In this document: positions 12,186 to 24,582 of the stretch, piece after piece
Position numbering within the stretch: position 1 is the stretch's first letter
How the letters are laid out: every line of letters begins with the position of its first letter
Source: Azolla caroliniana
Taxonomy: Eukaryota > Plantae > Polypodiophyta
Direction of reading: 5' to 3'
DNA length: 64,000 nucleotides
NCBI GenBank assembly: GCA_043228905.1
Contig: JBHGNT010000017.1
Span: 13,826,001 to 13,890,000 of the forward strand
Made by a program: the position numbers and the translations under genes
The notes under the pieces: generated by a model
Database searches by the model: none
The model's input: the letters and a program-made list of their open reading frames with translations, nothing else
What the model was told of the DNA's origin: nothing

Positions 12186-15100
12186 CTGGATCATTCCACC
12201 ACATGCATTAAGACCATGATTCCATATATACAGCTTTTAATTTAGTGACATAAATTCACAATATTTGTAATCACCATCAGTTTCCTGTGGTCACTAAATT
12301 TCTCTCTCTCTCTCATAGGGTTTTGTCCTACAATGGCAAACACTCGTAAGGGGGCCACAAAGTTTAGGAGTATGATCGATATGAGCCAAGATTACCAACG
12401 ATTCTTGACATTAATGCAATAAATTCAGCCACAATGGAGAAAATGCTTGAGTCACTTGATTTCTCTCCAAAAAGCAATAAACAAGCAAGGTGAAGAGATT
12501 AGAACACTAATGAAGAGAATGCTACACTCCAAATTGTTGTCATTGAGAATGAAGGTCTTAAGAAAATGGTTGCAAAACTTGAAGACGAGATTCAAGAATG
12601 CAAGAAAGCTCTATTGAAACAAATGAGCACCTTAACAAAATTGAGTTAAAGAATGCATTAAAAGAGGCGAGAATGGACACGATGAGGTGGGATGTAAGTG
12701 AGATAAAAAATGTATGCACAATGTAGTCATGGGCCAATGTATGTGGTGGGAATGTGGTATCAAACTCATCTATTATGCATTTGATGCATCAAGATAAAAC
12801 TGTAGAAAGCATAGATGTTTGAGAATTGAAAGAACGTGAACGAGGATCAAAGAACAGTGTCATCTGTGGTGTTGCTCACTCTGGAAAAAGGCCTATTGTA
12901 TGCACAATGCCGGATGATACAAAGTGAAGGATCATAATCAAAAATCATTGGGTATACCTCAAAGGCACACAATGCTTGGTGAGTGAAGATCATACTATCT
13001 CACAACAAAATGCCCGTCGTAAAGCATATGAAAAAAATTGAAAAATAAAGTTAAGGATGTGCCTAAAGACAGAAATGTAAGCAACTAGGTCACGTGACCT
13101 ATGGGACTAATCCACGTCTTCTACGTCTATGCTTTTGGAATTGCAATGGATGCCTATGGAATGCAGGATTTGGCATAAAGGGGTTCATTAATGATTCGAA
13201 TATCAAAGGAGTTCATTAATGATTCGAATATCACACTTCTTGTTGAAAACATAGGAGCATATCACTCGATGGATTTAAGGTTTAGGAAACTATATTGTAC
13301 ACTCTTTAATATAGGCAAAAAATCCAAGACAACGAAGAGGACAAGGGGTGGCATTTAAGAAGGAAATGATACATAAATGGTACATATGACACAAAAAAGA
13401 AACTAATCGTTTGTCCACTTTTGCAATTAGATGTTACACTCCTTATAAAGATTCTAACTTTTATGCTTGTTTGGATAAAGATAAACCTTTTGCCAATTTG
13501 GACGATGATATCGTTTGGTGACATGAATACATGTACAAGAAGTTTCCAAACTTGATCCACAACAATCTTTCATGCCACATATCAAGGATGCAAGAGGATA
13601 TCCAAATGTATATTTGTTCTTCTCGTGATCAAAAAGATCCGGACCAATTTGGGAAGTTACTCTTACAAATGTGCAATTGTATTGGAATGCTTATAACTTG
13701 GTGAATGGACACTCGATCATAGGGCTTTATGTATTGACCTCCAATGTGTACATGGTTTGATTGTGAGAAGGAAATTGAAGATAATAAATAACCGCGCTTG
13801 AGCATGAACCTTAAACGAGTGCCCATGTATTCCAAGATGGTTGAAGATATGTTACAAATGACAAAGATACAACATGGTGCCACTAGAATGCAAATGAGAA
13901 GCTTTGAATTAAGCTATTCTGTCATGCACAAACAAATGTTTTTCGACTAGGCACACATCTTGTAAATGCATCAAGAAATGTAGTCCAAAGAAAAATGGTT
14001 TGATAAAGAATGTCATGAAGCTAGAAGTACCTTATGATTTTGGACGTAGTCGAGTATAAAGAAAATTATCAAAAGCATTTGCAAAGGTTTATTCAAAGAA
14101 AGACGAATATGGGAAGTTACTCAACCATTTCTCCAAATGCAAGAGAAAGCACATGTATGTGCTAATTTTTGGGGAAATCTAAAGGGGAAACGTGTATAAA
14201 GGTTGAAATGCTCGAATGAACGGGAAAGGAAGCACATGCATGGATAAGTGATATATGTAATCATGCATCGCAATATGGTATGCCCTATGATTCAACTACA
14301 AATTGGATCAAACCTTAACAGAAAGGTGGAAATGTAAATAACGGTTGGCTTGCTAATGGCAAAACTATTTGGATGTATAATGGAATCAAAGATAAGTGCA
14401 TGGCTAAAAAAATAAGATGGCTTTCAAAAATAACATACCACCATTGATCACCTTGTCACCCTTCAAGTATTAATCGAGGAAAGTGACTTGAGAGGTAAAG
14501 GTTTATATTGTTGCTTCATAAACTACAAGAAACTTTTTGATATGGTACCTCGTCAGCATCTTTGGAGGCAAATGGAAGAACTCAAGGTGTCAAGTGAATA
14601 TATGCTTGTAATTTCTTGAAGTTATGAGACGGTTATATGTTCTTGTTGGGTTCTTGCTTTGAATCCGAAAAAGCTTACCCACTTTAGGGTTATGAAAGTA
14701 TATATAGACAAGGGGGAAAATCCTCCTAAAGAGTGAAAAAATGCCCCTATTGCCGTAAGTGTGTTCACACACATCATTGTCCTCAGTGTGTTCACACATC
14801 AATGTCCTAAGTGTGTTCACACACATCACTACCGAAATATGTCAACAAATCCCCCTTGGGAGTGATGCGGTGAACAAGGAGCTAGCACTCATAGAGTCAA
14901 AAAAAACATGCAGGTCTGGCGGTAGTGTTCCCCCATTGGGATAAAACAACCCAAGTGGCCAGGTACCACTCAAGTAGCAAAAGATGGGCTTAACTACCTG
15001 CCAATGCTTAACTCCTGGGCAATGCATAAACATACTCATCTGAGAGACAGCAAACTGAATATCAGGTCGGGTTATGCATAAGTAAATCAAGCATCCAATT

Positions 15101-18100
15101 GCCTGTTGATAGAGAACAACATCAAATGCATCTCCAGCATCATGAAGGCTCAAACGTAAACCTATCTCCATGGGGGTGGCAATAGGTTTACCGTCTTCAA
15201 GGCCAAAACGCTGCAATAATGTGTCAATGTATTTTGATTGACACAAAGCTATTCCACCATTAACTTGCATAAATTGAATGCCCAAATAATGATGCAAATG
15301 CCCCAAATTTGACATCTCAAAAGGGGCATGCAAATCAGCCTTAAAGTCAGCAATATGCTTCTCATTGGGACCAGTGAGCAACATATCATCGACATACACA
15401 ACCATGATCAGAAATACATCATCAGCACGCTTAGCGTATAAGGTGCTTTCATTTGGACTATTCTCAAACCCAAATGCAATCAAATAGGCATGTATCTTCT
15501 CATACCAAGAATGTGGTGCTTGCTTTAAGCCATACAATGCCTTTCTCAACCTGCACACTTTGTGTTCATGCCCTTTCTGCACAAAACCACGGGGTTGGGA
15601 TACATACACTTCCTCATGAAGATTACCATTTAGAAATGTTGTTTTAATGTCCAATTGATGTACATTCCAACCACAATGAGCTACAATTGCATAGATGCTA
15701 CGAACATTAGTCATACAACAGGTGAGAGCAAAGGCCTCATCAAAATCAATGCCTTTTTCTTGGGCATAACTTATCACAACAAGCCTAGCCTTATACCTGT
15801 CAACTGTTCCATCAGGTTTACGCTTCAGCTTATATACCCACTTAGTGCCAATAGCCTTCTTGCCAGGAGGCAAGTCACATAAAGACCATGTACCAATCTT
15901 CATAATAGCAAATTGGATTTTCCTTTGTCATACCATACACGTTCAGGTTTATTATAGTGCTTCTTTTGCATTAGATTGTTATGCTATGGCTGCCTCTAGT
16001 CTTTGTGATGAGAATGAGCTTGTTTCTTTTGATGAAGCACAAAATTCAAAAAATTGGATGGCTGCTATGCAATCCGAATATGATGCACCACTGTTGGGTT
16101 CTTGCTTTGAATCCCAAAAGTTCTTTGCGTATAGGCGACAGACTTTCGAATTTTTTCACTAGCACTATTAGTGCTAAGCTAAGCCAGGATGCCCACTCTC
16201 ACCAACTCTATTTGGTCTATGCATAGATGAATTGGAAGAAACAGGTGCCCAATTTGTAAAGCAAGGCGTTGAAGAAGTTCTCATTGGAAATGTATGTAGT
16301 CATCATGTTGTTGTTGTATGTGGATGATGTCGTGCTTTTGCAAATACTTTAGGAGATGCACAAAAGCTTATGAAGGAATTGGAAAAAAATTGCATGCGCA
16401 TTAAATCAAGCGTCAACAACTCTAAAACAAAGATAATGATTGTGAAAAGGCTAATACAAGATAAACTATGCATTATGTACAATACTGAGCCACTTGAATG
16501 TGAAAAGCTTCAAATATCTTAGCCTTGAAGTTCCTTCAAATCATAGATTGAATGAAGGTGTTACACGACACTTAGAGGCGAGAACGCGAACACATTATGC
16601 ATTTGAGAACACATGCAATCATGGAGATATTAAGTGTTGGGTCCTCAAGAAATACCTTTTAGACACTTTGGTGACACCGGTGCTTCTCGATGGGGTGGAA
16701 GCATGGGGGGTAGCATCCCTAAATCTACTTGGAAAGAGTTTGGAAATGTCCACAAACATTTTCTTACAAAGTTACTACGAGTTAAGAAACAAGCACCATA
16801 CACCCTCTTGCTTGAGACAAGATAATTCCCCATTGAGATCATGGCCATGGAAAGGGTTGTTGATTACATGCTTGAGGTTCAACAAAGCCCCTCACACCGA
16901 CTTTCTAGAATCGCATGGGAAGCAAGCAAAAAGTTCCAAAAGACGCATAAAAGCAAAATTTGTGTTCCGATTGGATACAAGATATGGAAAAATGGTTTGG
17001 TAAATGGATGCAACACACTTGCTTCATGATGCATCATTGGATTCCTTTGTAAATGAGGCCTTTTTGCAACGCCAATGTATCATTACATGGGACAAAGGTG
17101 GAGGCTCACACTTCACACATTATAGTACACATGTTACACCTAACTACAAAACCATATTCTTCGTAAAACAAGGAAACTGTACACATTGATACATGTTAGA
17201 GCCCATCTCATTGTCTGTCATTCAAACCACTGCTTACATTTGACTTAGTTCACATGCATTGTGATGTGTGACGGGATGTTGGGGCACAATTGATGAGAGT
17301 GGTCGACTATGCACACGTTGCCCTAAACAACTTTGAGAGTCTGAGTATTACACTTTGATTTGTTTTTTTAGTAACACTTTTATTACTAGTGGGAAACCTC
17401 AAAGTGAGGTGAAAACCCACAAAGAATAAAGAGAAGTATACAAGTGTCAATTAGACACTAAAGAGGTTAGAAGCACTCAAAAGTAAAGAGTGTAAATTTG
17501 TAGTGCGATGTCTCTAAGTCGCAGACAATCAAACAAAGATTGCTCCAGGGATTGATTAAGAAAGCTAACTTCATGTGGTTGGTTTCGATCAAGACCTTGC
17601 TATTGCGGGCAGTCGAGATGGTCCTTGATAATTACAATGGGTGTCACAATAGAGTATGGTCACCCACTAACTAAATGGGTAGTGGAACATGTTGAATTGC
17701 CAACAGGCAAGACGAACACTCTACATAGGAACGAATTTCCACTTGCTCTAACAAAGAAAATTGTCACATTAGTACTCCCTTCAACTTTCGTAGATATGCT
17801 TTCATTCCATGCCTTCCGTCAAATACAGAAGCATTGCGCATATCCCAATTATGATACAATCCCCAATACCTCAAAAAATAGGAAAACAATATCTATCTCT
17901 AATTTTTTATTTTGGATCAATCTGTGTAAAATGTGCAAACACCCGTTATCTAGGCGTCAAATAATACCATGATATAACTTGTCAAATTTGAGAAATGTAA
18001 CTTCAAATCTAACAAGCAATCAAACATTGTATAAAACAATGAGTCCATGACACTTTAGAGCTAATCCCAAAAGCAATCCCCTAATCAAAACTCTCCCATG

Positions 18101-18380
18101 AAGACCTTTGCTACACGTAGAATGCTAACTACGTTTTGAGATATGCCACCACTCGTGATCAAATTTGTGAGTTTTCCATTCTTCTTCAACCTTAGATAAT
18201 AGCCATCCAAGGGAGCAATCATACGAAAGATTAGTAGTCACTTGTAAAAATGGCGTCTGACACAATAAACACTGATCAATCCACAGTTGTTCTCCTGTTT
18301 CTAAAGGTAACGAAACTTGCATTAATGCAATATTTTGTAGTTGTTTCTAGATAAACCCATAATTAGGTGGGATGCATAAT

Positions 18381-18443
<63 letters not shown>

Positions 18444-21400
18444 GCCTATCCAAACTGAGTTCCTCTAGGTGGTCATGCATCCACCTAGGCTCTCTCTCTC
18501 TCACACACACACAAAGTTTTATGCCCTTGAGAGTGAACAAAAGTACATATTGAAGAATATTTAGATATACACGTAGATAGCAATGGGCACGGTTTCGACT
18601 CAAACTGAACCGAACCGTTAAACCATGGTTTAACAGTTTATTGGTTCCAAAAAATTTAATGGTTTGGTTTGGTATGGATTTTCGATAAACGGTTCAGTTT
18701 GGTTCTAAAACTCGGGTTTATAGGTTTATAGGTTTGGTTTATAGGTTTATAGGTTTTTGGTTAACTTTTGTTTTACCTTAATAGTTTATTGATTTAATGG
18801 TTTTTTATTGATTTAATTAATTTAACTTAAATGTTTATTTAATTTAATGGTTCAATTAAAGTTACTTTTATTGATTTAATAAATTTAACTTAAATGCTTA
18901 TTTAATTTAATGTATTTTTGTTTATTTAGATGTTTAATTAGTTTAATTTAAGTGGTTAGGTTTAAATTTTTTATTAAAAGGTTCGATTTGGTTTCAACTT
19001 TTCCCTAAACAGTTTGATTTTAAATGGTTTGGTTTCAACTATTTCTTAAATGGTTTGGTTTCAATACTGAGAGTTCATAAACGGTTTGGTTTGGTTTTTG
19101 TTTTAAATAAACGGTTCGGTTTCAGTTCAGTTCGGTTTCTTTGCCTTGAAACCGAACCACGCCCATTGCTACACGTAGAGGAAAAAGACAAGATGGCATA
19201 GCATGAATCTATGTTTTACGTAGCCTTGTACAAAATGGAGAACAGCCCACTATTGCAACCACATTAATACTCCATACTCGGAAAATTGCCAAGGGAAGCA
19301 AGCTGATGCCCAAGCTCACATCCAAACACCCCTTGCACACCATCACACGGATGCACACTCATACAATGAAAACAAAAAATGCAGGTGGCTGAAAATTCAG
19401 CAAACAAAATATGTGACATATACTGCCATGCCACTATTGCAGTGACAATAATACTCCATACTCTAGATAATTACCAAGGAAAGCAGGTTGATGCCCAAGC
19501 TCACATCCAGACACCCCTTGCACACCATCACACTAATGCACACACTCACACAATGAAAATAGAAAATGCGGATGGCTGAAAATTCAGCAAATAGAATATG
19601 TGACCTATATTGCATCAACAAAGCAGAAATAGAAGAACGAGTGACTTTGGAATGCCTCAAATATGAGGACATCAGGCATGATTTTCAAAAATATTCATAT
19701 AAGGTTGTATTGGCTTTCAAGAAATCTTTTCTTAGGAACATTCTTCTCAAGGTCATACCATTGATTGGTTTTACGTTCATTTGAGAGCAACTCCATGAAA
19801 ATATTTTCAGTAGTGAGGCAGGGAACTTCAAGGAAACTTTTAACATGATAAACCAAACGCCATAAATTCCCTAACTATTAGATACATCTGGTTATGAGCA
19901 TCTGATGGGAGCTATGTTAGCCGCATAATACTTCTATGAAACATGCAATGATTCTCACTACGAAGAGCACTCATATTGTGATGACTCCACTGTTCTCGGG
20001 CCAACGCCGCGAGGTTCAGCTATGTATGCTGATCTGTGCTTTATTAAGGAATCTTTAATCTCAAATCCATATAAAACATACTACAAGATACCTCTTTTCT
20101 GTCAATCATATGCATTGCACATACAGAGATTTCTAGGATTCCGTGCTTGCGTTAAGTGATATTATAACACTAAATTAAAAAAGCATTTCAAGAAAGTCAC
20201 CTGCATTTGCATGATCAGCCAAGAACTTTTCCACTACTTCCTCATTTTGTGCTAATGTGAAGCTGCAACATAAAAATAGGTATTAGGAAATATGAATAAA
20301 TAAACCTAAAACTTTTCATAATCACATATATTGCACTAAATAACTAACACTACAATGATCACGAAGATGAGTTGTGAAGGCATATCACAAGAAACGAAAT
20401 TTACACCACATACAAGCTTAGGGACTTCACTAACAAATGACAAATAGAGATTGACAAGAGTGAAAGATGATTCGAAAGATTCCTCAATTAGAAATGAGCA
20501 GACAAATAAATGGTAGTACAAATATGAGATTTCAGAATATTCTAAGAATTGTTGAAATTTATTTATGGGAAAGACTCTTAAATACCCAAGTTTTTCTTTA
20601 TTTCCTCCAAATGCAGTTTATGTTCCCAAATGTCAGGATCAAACCCCTTTCAAGCAATTATATGTGCCAATTCCCCACATCTATCCCACATTCATCATAA
20701 ATCAAAAGGACATTCCAAGACTAAATGAAGTTAACAATTCCTCATTATGTCAATCCACTATTCATATAATTTACAGACGATACGAAATCTCCTTGACAGA
20801 CATCAAACCTGCATGTGCTGTATACAAGTGCTCCACCAGATTTCAACAATCTAAACCCATTTGTGAGCAACTGCAGCTGTAATCTCCATCATGTTGCCAA
20901 CTCATTCAACTTTCTTCAATAGCAAAAGATAGAATGCACAAAGATGATGTATATGTACCTGAAGCTTTGTAATGGAATCTAGCCGATCGTTGTCCAAAAG
21001 TCGCCGCTCAAGAGTATCCCAGCCCCATTGCTCATATTTAAATATATGCTTCAAAGACCCATCATGAGTGCATTCAGCATCGATCAACACCTGAAATTAA
21101 TGTATACATGACCTTATGGACTAGACAATACAAATATAGGAAGAAAATCAATCAAGTACACAATCCATGAAAGAATCAAGACCTAGAAACTTCATGAGGA
21201 GAAGGTTTCTATCAGGAAATTTTGAACGGACATGAAAACTCTGGTGCATTAAAACATTTGCCATTATTCTATAAAAATGGACGAAACTTTAAACCCATAT
21301 TTATTAATGAAGACTTTGCAAAGGTATCATATGGTGACTTTCCAGGAATATAATCCATCCTCCATGCTCCTCTACATTACTAACTTCATGTTTGCTCTTC

Positions 21401-24279
21401 CATATAACACTGGTCTCTTTGAGGATTAAATGGATTCCGAAATGCTCTAAGAAGCAAATAAAATTGCATCCCACTTTCGAATGTTTCGTTTGATGTCAAG
21501 CTCAAAGAAAGTTAAAAGGAGGACACAGTTCAGATACTAAAATCAGCATAATATATAAGAAAATCAGGCTTGTTTTCCTCAGGTATAATTGAAGAGACTA
21601 AAGTAATGATTCATAGCATGGCATAACAGATTTTTTGCTAATCAGTAAGAAGCCATGAGAGCATAGTACAAGCATGAGTAGATGGAGAGCATGCTTGAAG
21701 AACAGTACAATACAAACCAAAGTTCCAAATGTAAGTACTTCAAGACAAGGACTATTTTGGGTCAAATTCACAGGCTTCATAGGCTACAATCATCGAATGC
21801 TTCAGAAACTCCATATCCACATCAATTAATATTGCATATTTACATCAATATAGCTAAATACCTTGTCATAACCATACACTGACCCTTCCTTTTCATTTCT
21901 GCAGCCATTTTCTAGGATTTGTTCCTTTCTCAATCCAATAACACCAGAATCATCGCCATAAAACAGTAGCTGTGGAGTTCCTGCAGCATTTCCTGATCTT
22001 GCTGCTTTCTTTTCCTTCCTTGTCTTTGGAGACTTCCACTGACTGTAGACAGCAATTGACCCCTCTTTTGTGAATGATGTGCCATTTTTAGCTATAGACT
22101 GGTGAAGGGGAAGCAATGTAAATTGTGTCCCATCTGCTACAAAAAGCCGAGAATGCTTCCCAAGACCGTACTTGAGAAGCATTGTGCGGCAAGCAGCCAA
22201 ACGGTGTTTAGCAATATCTACTCCAGTTAATGTGCCAGACCATCCCAGAATTTCAGCCATCATGCAAAGTTTAGCTCCTGCAATTTAGGAAGACCTTATA
22301 TAACCCTTCATTCCTTTTTTTATTTTGGTAACAGAAATGTAAAGATGGGGATCAAATAACCTGGGGCTGCACATAGATCAAGGACATGATCACCCTTCTC
22401 AATCCCCAATGCATATACAGCTGCACCAGACGCTGCATCCATGCCAAAGATCTAAAACATGTAGAAGAGACCAATTAACACTCATTGTCAAGAAAAACAA
22501 TGCTTTTAATCCACTAACTTAAAATTTTACCTTTCCAAGCTGATATGCTTTGGAACTGGAGATATTCACTTCTTGAGGGAGGCTATAAAAACCCTTTAGC
22601 CATGGAAGGAGCTGAAGCTTACACGATAACTCGGTCTCAACATCACAAACATCACCTTCAAACCCTGATTTAATCCTTATGTATAGTAATTGTTATGATA
22701 AGTTCATTATATTTTGGACGGGATAGGCAATTAACAAAGAAGATAAACATCATTCACTTTATTCCTTTCTCTCATAACTTTCTAATGTGTTTATGCATCA
22801 TTATATAAGTCAGTACAGTTAAATGGAATTCAACAGAAAAAATGTATATATTATCAAAGGATGAACATGGATAAGATATTTGTTACAGCTACAGCGAGAT
22901 CCATTTGTGGTTCACTTCATTACTTTGAAATGTTTCTCTTACATTATTATTAGTTTAAAATGTTTGTAGCATTATGATCATAACAATCTGAAAAGGAAAT
23001 TTCATGTTTTATCTTGTCTAAATAAAATGTGCCACTCCTAGAAAATTTACTGAACCAGTAACATGACAGAAAGTCTGATGGAAAGTCTTACATATTACAC
23101 AACACCAAACCAAATATAATCCCTTAGCTTATCAAATATTCAATGTTTTACTCCTGGATAAGGTACAAATCTCAGAGTATTCTGGCAGCATCAAGACAAA
23201 ATCAAGTGGAAATGCTAAACATATCACAACATACTATCTGATTATAATCCTTTACCAGTCCACCATCATCTTTTATGCAGGATAAACCTGCAAAGGTACA
23301 GTAACTTGGAAACAAGAAACACAGACATGTATTTGTCTCAAGGTATTTACTCTAAAGACCCGATTGAAACCATAACATGCAAACACATAACTACCCCTAG
23401 GTATTTTAACCTAAAGATGTAGAGAATCAGGATGTCACTTCGTTCATAGAACAGCTTGTGTTTCATTTCATTTAGAGTCCTTTGCTAACTATCCATCTGA
23501 GTAGGATACACATTTTTACTATAGAAACAAATCAGTTTAGCTCAGTTATAAGGCTCATTTGATGCTCTGCACCATGTTTTCTAGTGGAAAGGCTTCGCAT
23601 ATCACAGCACACAAACAGAATAGAACCCTTTCTTATGTTGATTATCCATCTTTCAAGTAGGATGCACTTTAATGTATACCATGCGTGCACCACAATGTAC
23701 TTACTCTAAATATCTACAGAATAATCAGTTCTATCCATTAAAGCAACTGCTTCATGTTTCCAGTCATGTTCTGTAGTGAAAATGCCTTCACATATCAGGC
23801 CATGCAAACAGAGCAGGATCCTTTGTCATGTCAATTATCCACCTTTCTAGCAGGATACACTTTAACTTGTGTATTGTTTTCCAAGATACTTATGGCAAAG
23901 ACTGAGTGAATCAGATTTTGCTTCATTACTAGACCTATTTCTTATTTCCTACTTCAGATTCTTGAAAGTTGAACGAGTTGTTGCAAGAAGTTGAATGCGT
24001 TCTTGCAAGAAAAATCATACCTTAGCTGCATTCCTAGACCAGTGACAGGTTCTCCTCTAGGATGTTGCAGAAGTTGAATGCGATCAAACACACAGGAATA
24101 TGTTTCTTGTTGAGTTCTTGAAAGCTGAAACTGATTCTCTCCAGAGGTTTGGAAAAGGGGGGTGGAAAAAGAGAGAGATAGGAAAGGCAGCTTCGGTCTG
24201 AGACCGGTTTCCATGTTTCCTTTCACAGTTTGTTTGTTTCTTATTCCGATTCCTGGGAGTGTTCTTGGGAGAAAGTTGT

Positions 24280-24323
<44 letters not shown>

Positions 24324-24582
24324 ACATGGATTTTTTCCAAACATACCTTATGTAGCGAGGGAGGAAGCGAGCGGCGGAGTAGATGGAAGGATCGATGCCA
24401 CTCCTGGCCAGGTATTCGAGGAACGGAGGGGGAAGATGGTCGATCGGCGGCGTGGCGGTGGCGGTGGCGATGGCGATGGCGGTGGTAGTGATGGCGGCAT
24501 GAAGAGGCGGGAGGGGATGGTCGAGGTGGAGCAGAGAGGGAGAGGAGGAGGAGAACAATGGGAGGCAAGCTTCGATCCCCAT
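12040..24582 (-). CDS. NOL1/NOP2/Sun-family RNA m5C methyltransferase, probably RCMT9-like; 8 exons, 431 aa
   Basis: Join of 24347-24582, 22531-22675, 22361-22451, 21862-22277, 20959-21090, 20809-20876, 20201-20262, 12040-12185. All introns GT-AG, phases consistent, 1296 nt. Motifs VLDLCAAPGAK (I), VLIDAECTHDG (IV), LVYSTCS...QNE (VI), TSGLFIAK (VIII). Confidence 0.92.
12330..17360 (+). mobile_element. Degenerate non-LTR retrotransposon (APE-RT LINE, RTEX/L2-like) in intron 7, interrupted at 14644-16119
   Basis: ORF1 coiled-coil remnant with ERERGSKNSVICGV (about 12835), endonuclease GDMNT (about 13517), RT YKKLFDMVPR, GCPLSPTL, LLYVDD, LDTLVTPVLLDGVEAWG, C-terminal RLCTRC..ESEY; boundaries approximate. 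Confidence 0.75.
14644..16119 (-). mobile_element. Internally deleted and rearranged copia (RT only); 3' LTR 14644-14847, 28-bp 5' LTR remnant 16092-16119
   Basis: TSD GTTCT (14639-14643 and 16120-16124); PPT aagggggatt; RT ORF 14842-15903 (KWVYKLK, HQLDIK, YVDD); host LINE frame rejoins across it. Confidence 0.85.
17361..18330 (-). mobile_element. Probable 3' fragment of a degenerate L1-like LINE
   Basis: zf-RVT-like remnants (RVLIRGL, WDMRNA) on the minus strand and a T-rich end; heavily decayed. Confidence 0.45.
18384..18441. repeat. (CT)n microsatellite
   Basis: About 29 perfect units. Confidence 0.95.
18578..19171. mobile_element. Non-autonomous hAT element (MITE), 594 bp
   Basis: Perfect 11-bp TIR TAGCAATGGGC/GCCCATTGCTA; 8-bp TSD CACGTAGA (18570-18577 and 19172-19179); subterminal AACCG/CGGTT repeats; AT-rich core. 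Confidence 0.93.
19245..19610. repeat. Diverged tandem duplication, about 184 bp x2 (intronic)
   Basis: ccactattgca...gatgcccaagctcacatcc...ggctgaaaattcagcaaa occurs twice. Confidence 0.85.
20201..20262 (-). CDS. RNA m5C methyltransferase exon 7
   Basis: FTLAQNEEVVEKFLADHANA with AG/GT ends. Confidence 0.9.
20809..20876 (-). CDS. RNA m5C methyltransferase exon 6
   Basis: LQLLTNGFRLLKSGGALVYSTCS with AG/GT ends. Confidence 0.93.
20959..21090 (-). CDS. RNA m5C methyltransferase exon 5
   Basis: VLIDAECTHDGSLKH...ITKLQ with AG/GT ends. Confidence 0.93.
21862..22277 (-). CDS. RNA m5C methyltransferase exon 4
   Basis: AKLCMMAEIL...GVDIAKHRL...YGYDK with AG/GT ends. Confidence 0.93.
22361..22451 (-). 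CDS. RNA m5C methyltransferase exon 3
   Basis: IFGMDAASGAAVYALGIEKGDHVLDLCAAPG with AG/GT ends. Confidence 0.93.
22531..22675 (-). CDS. RNA m5C methyltransferase exon 2
   Basis: IKSGFEG...LPWLKGFYSLP...AYQLGK; acceptor AAG, donor GTAAAA. Confidence 0.85.
24347..24582 (-). CDS. RNA m5C methyltransferase exon 1
   Basis: MGIEA...LPPPFLEYLARSGIDPSIYS...LPRYIR, donor AG|GTATGT; start codon inferred. Confidence 0.8.
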
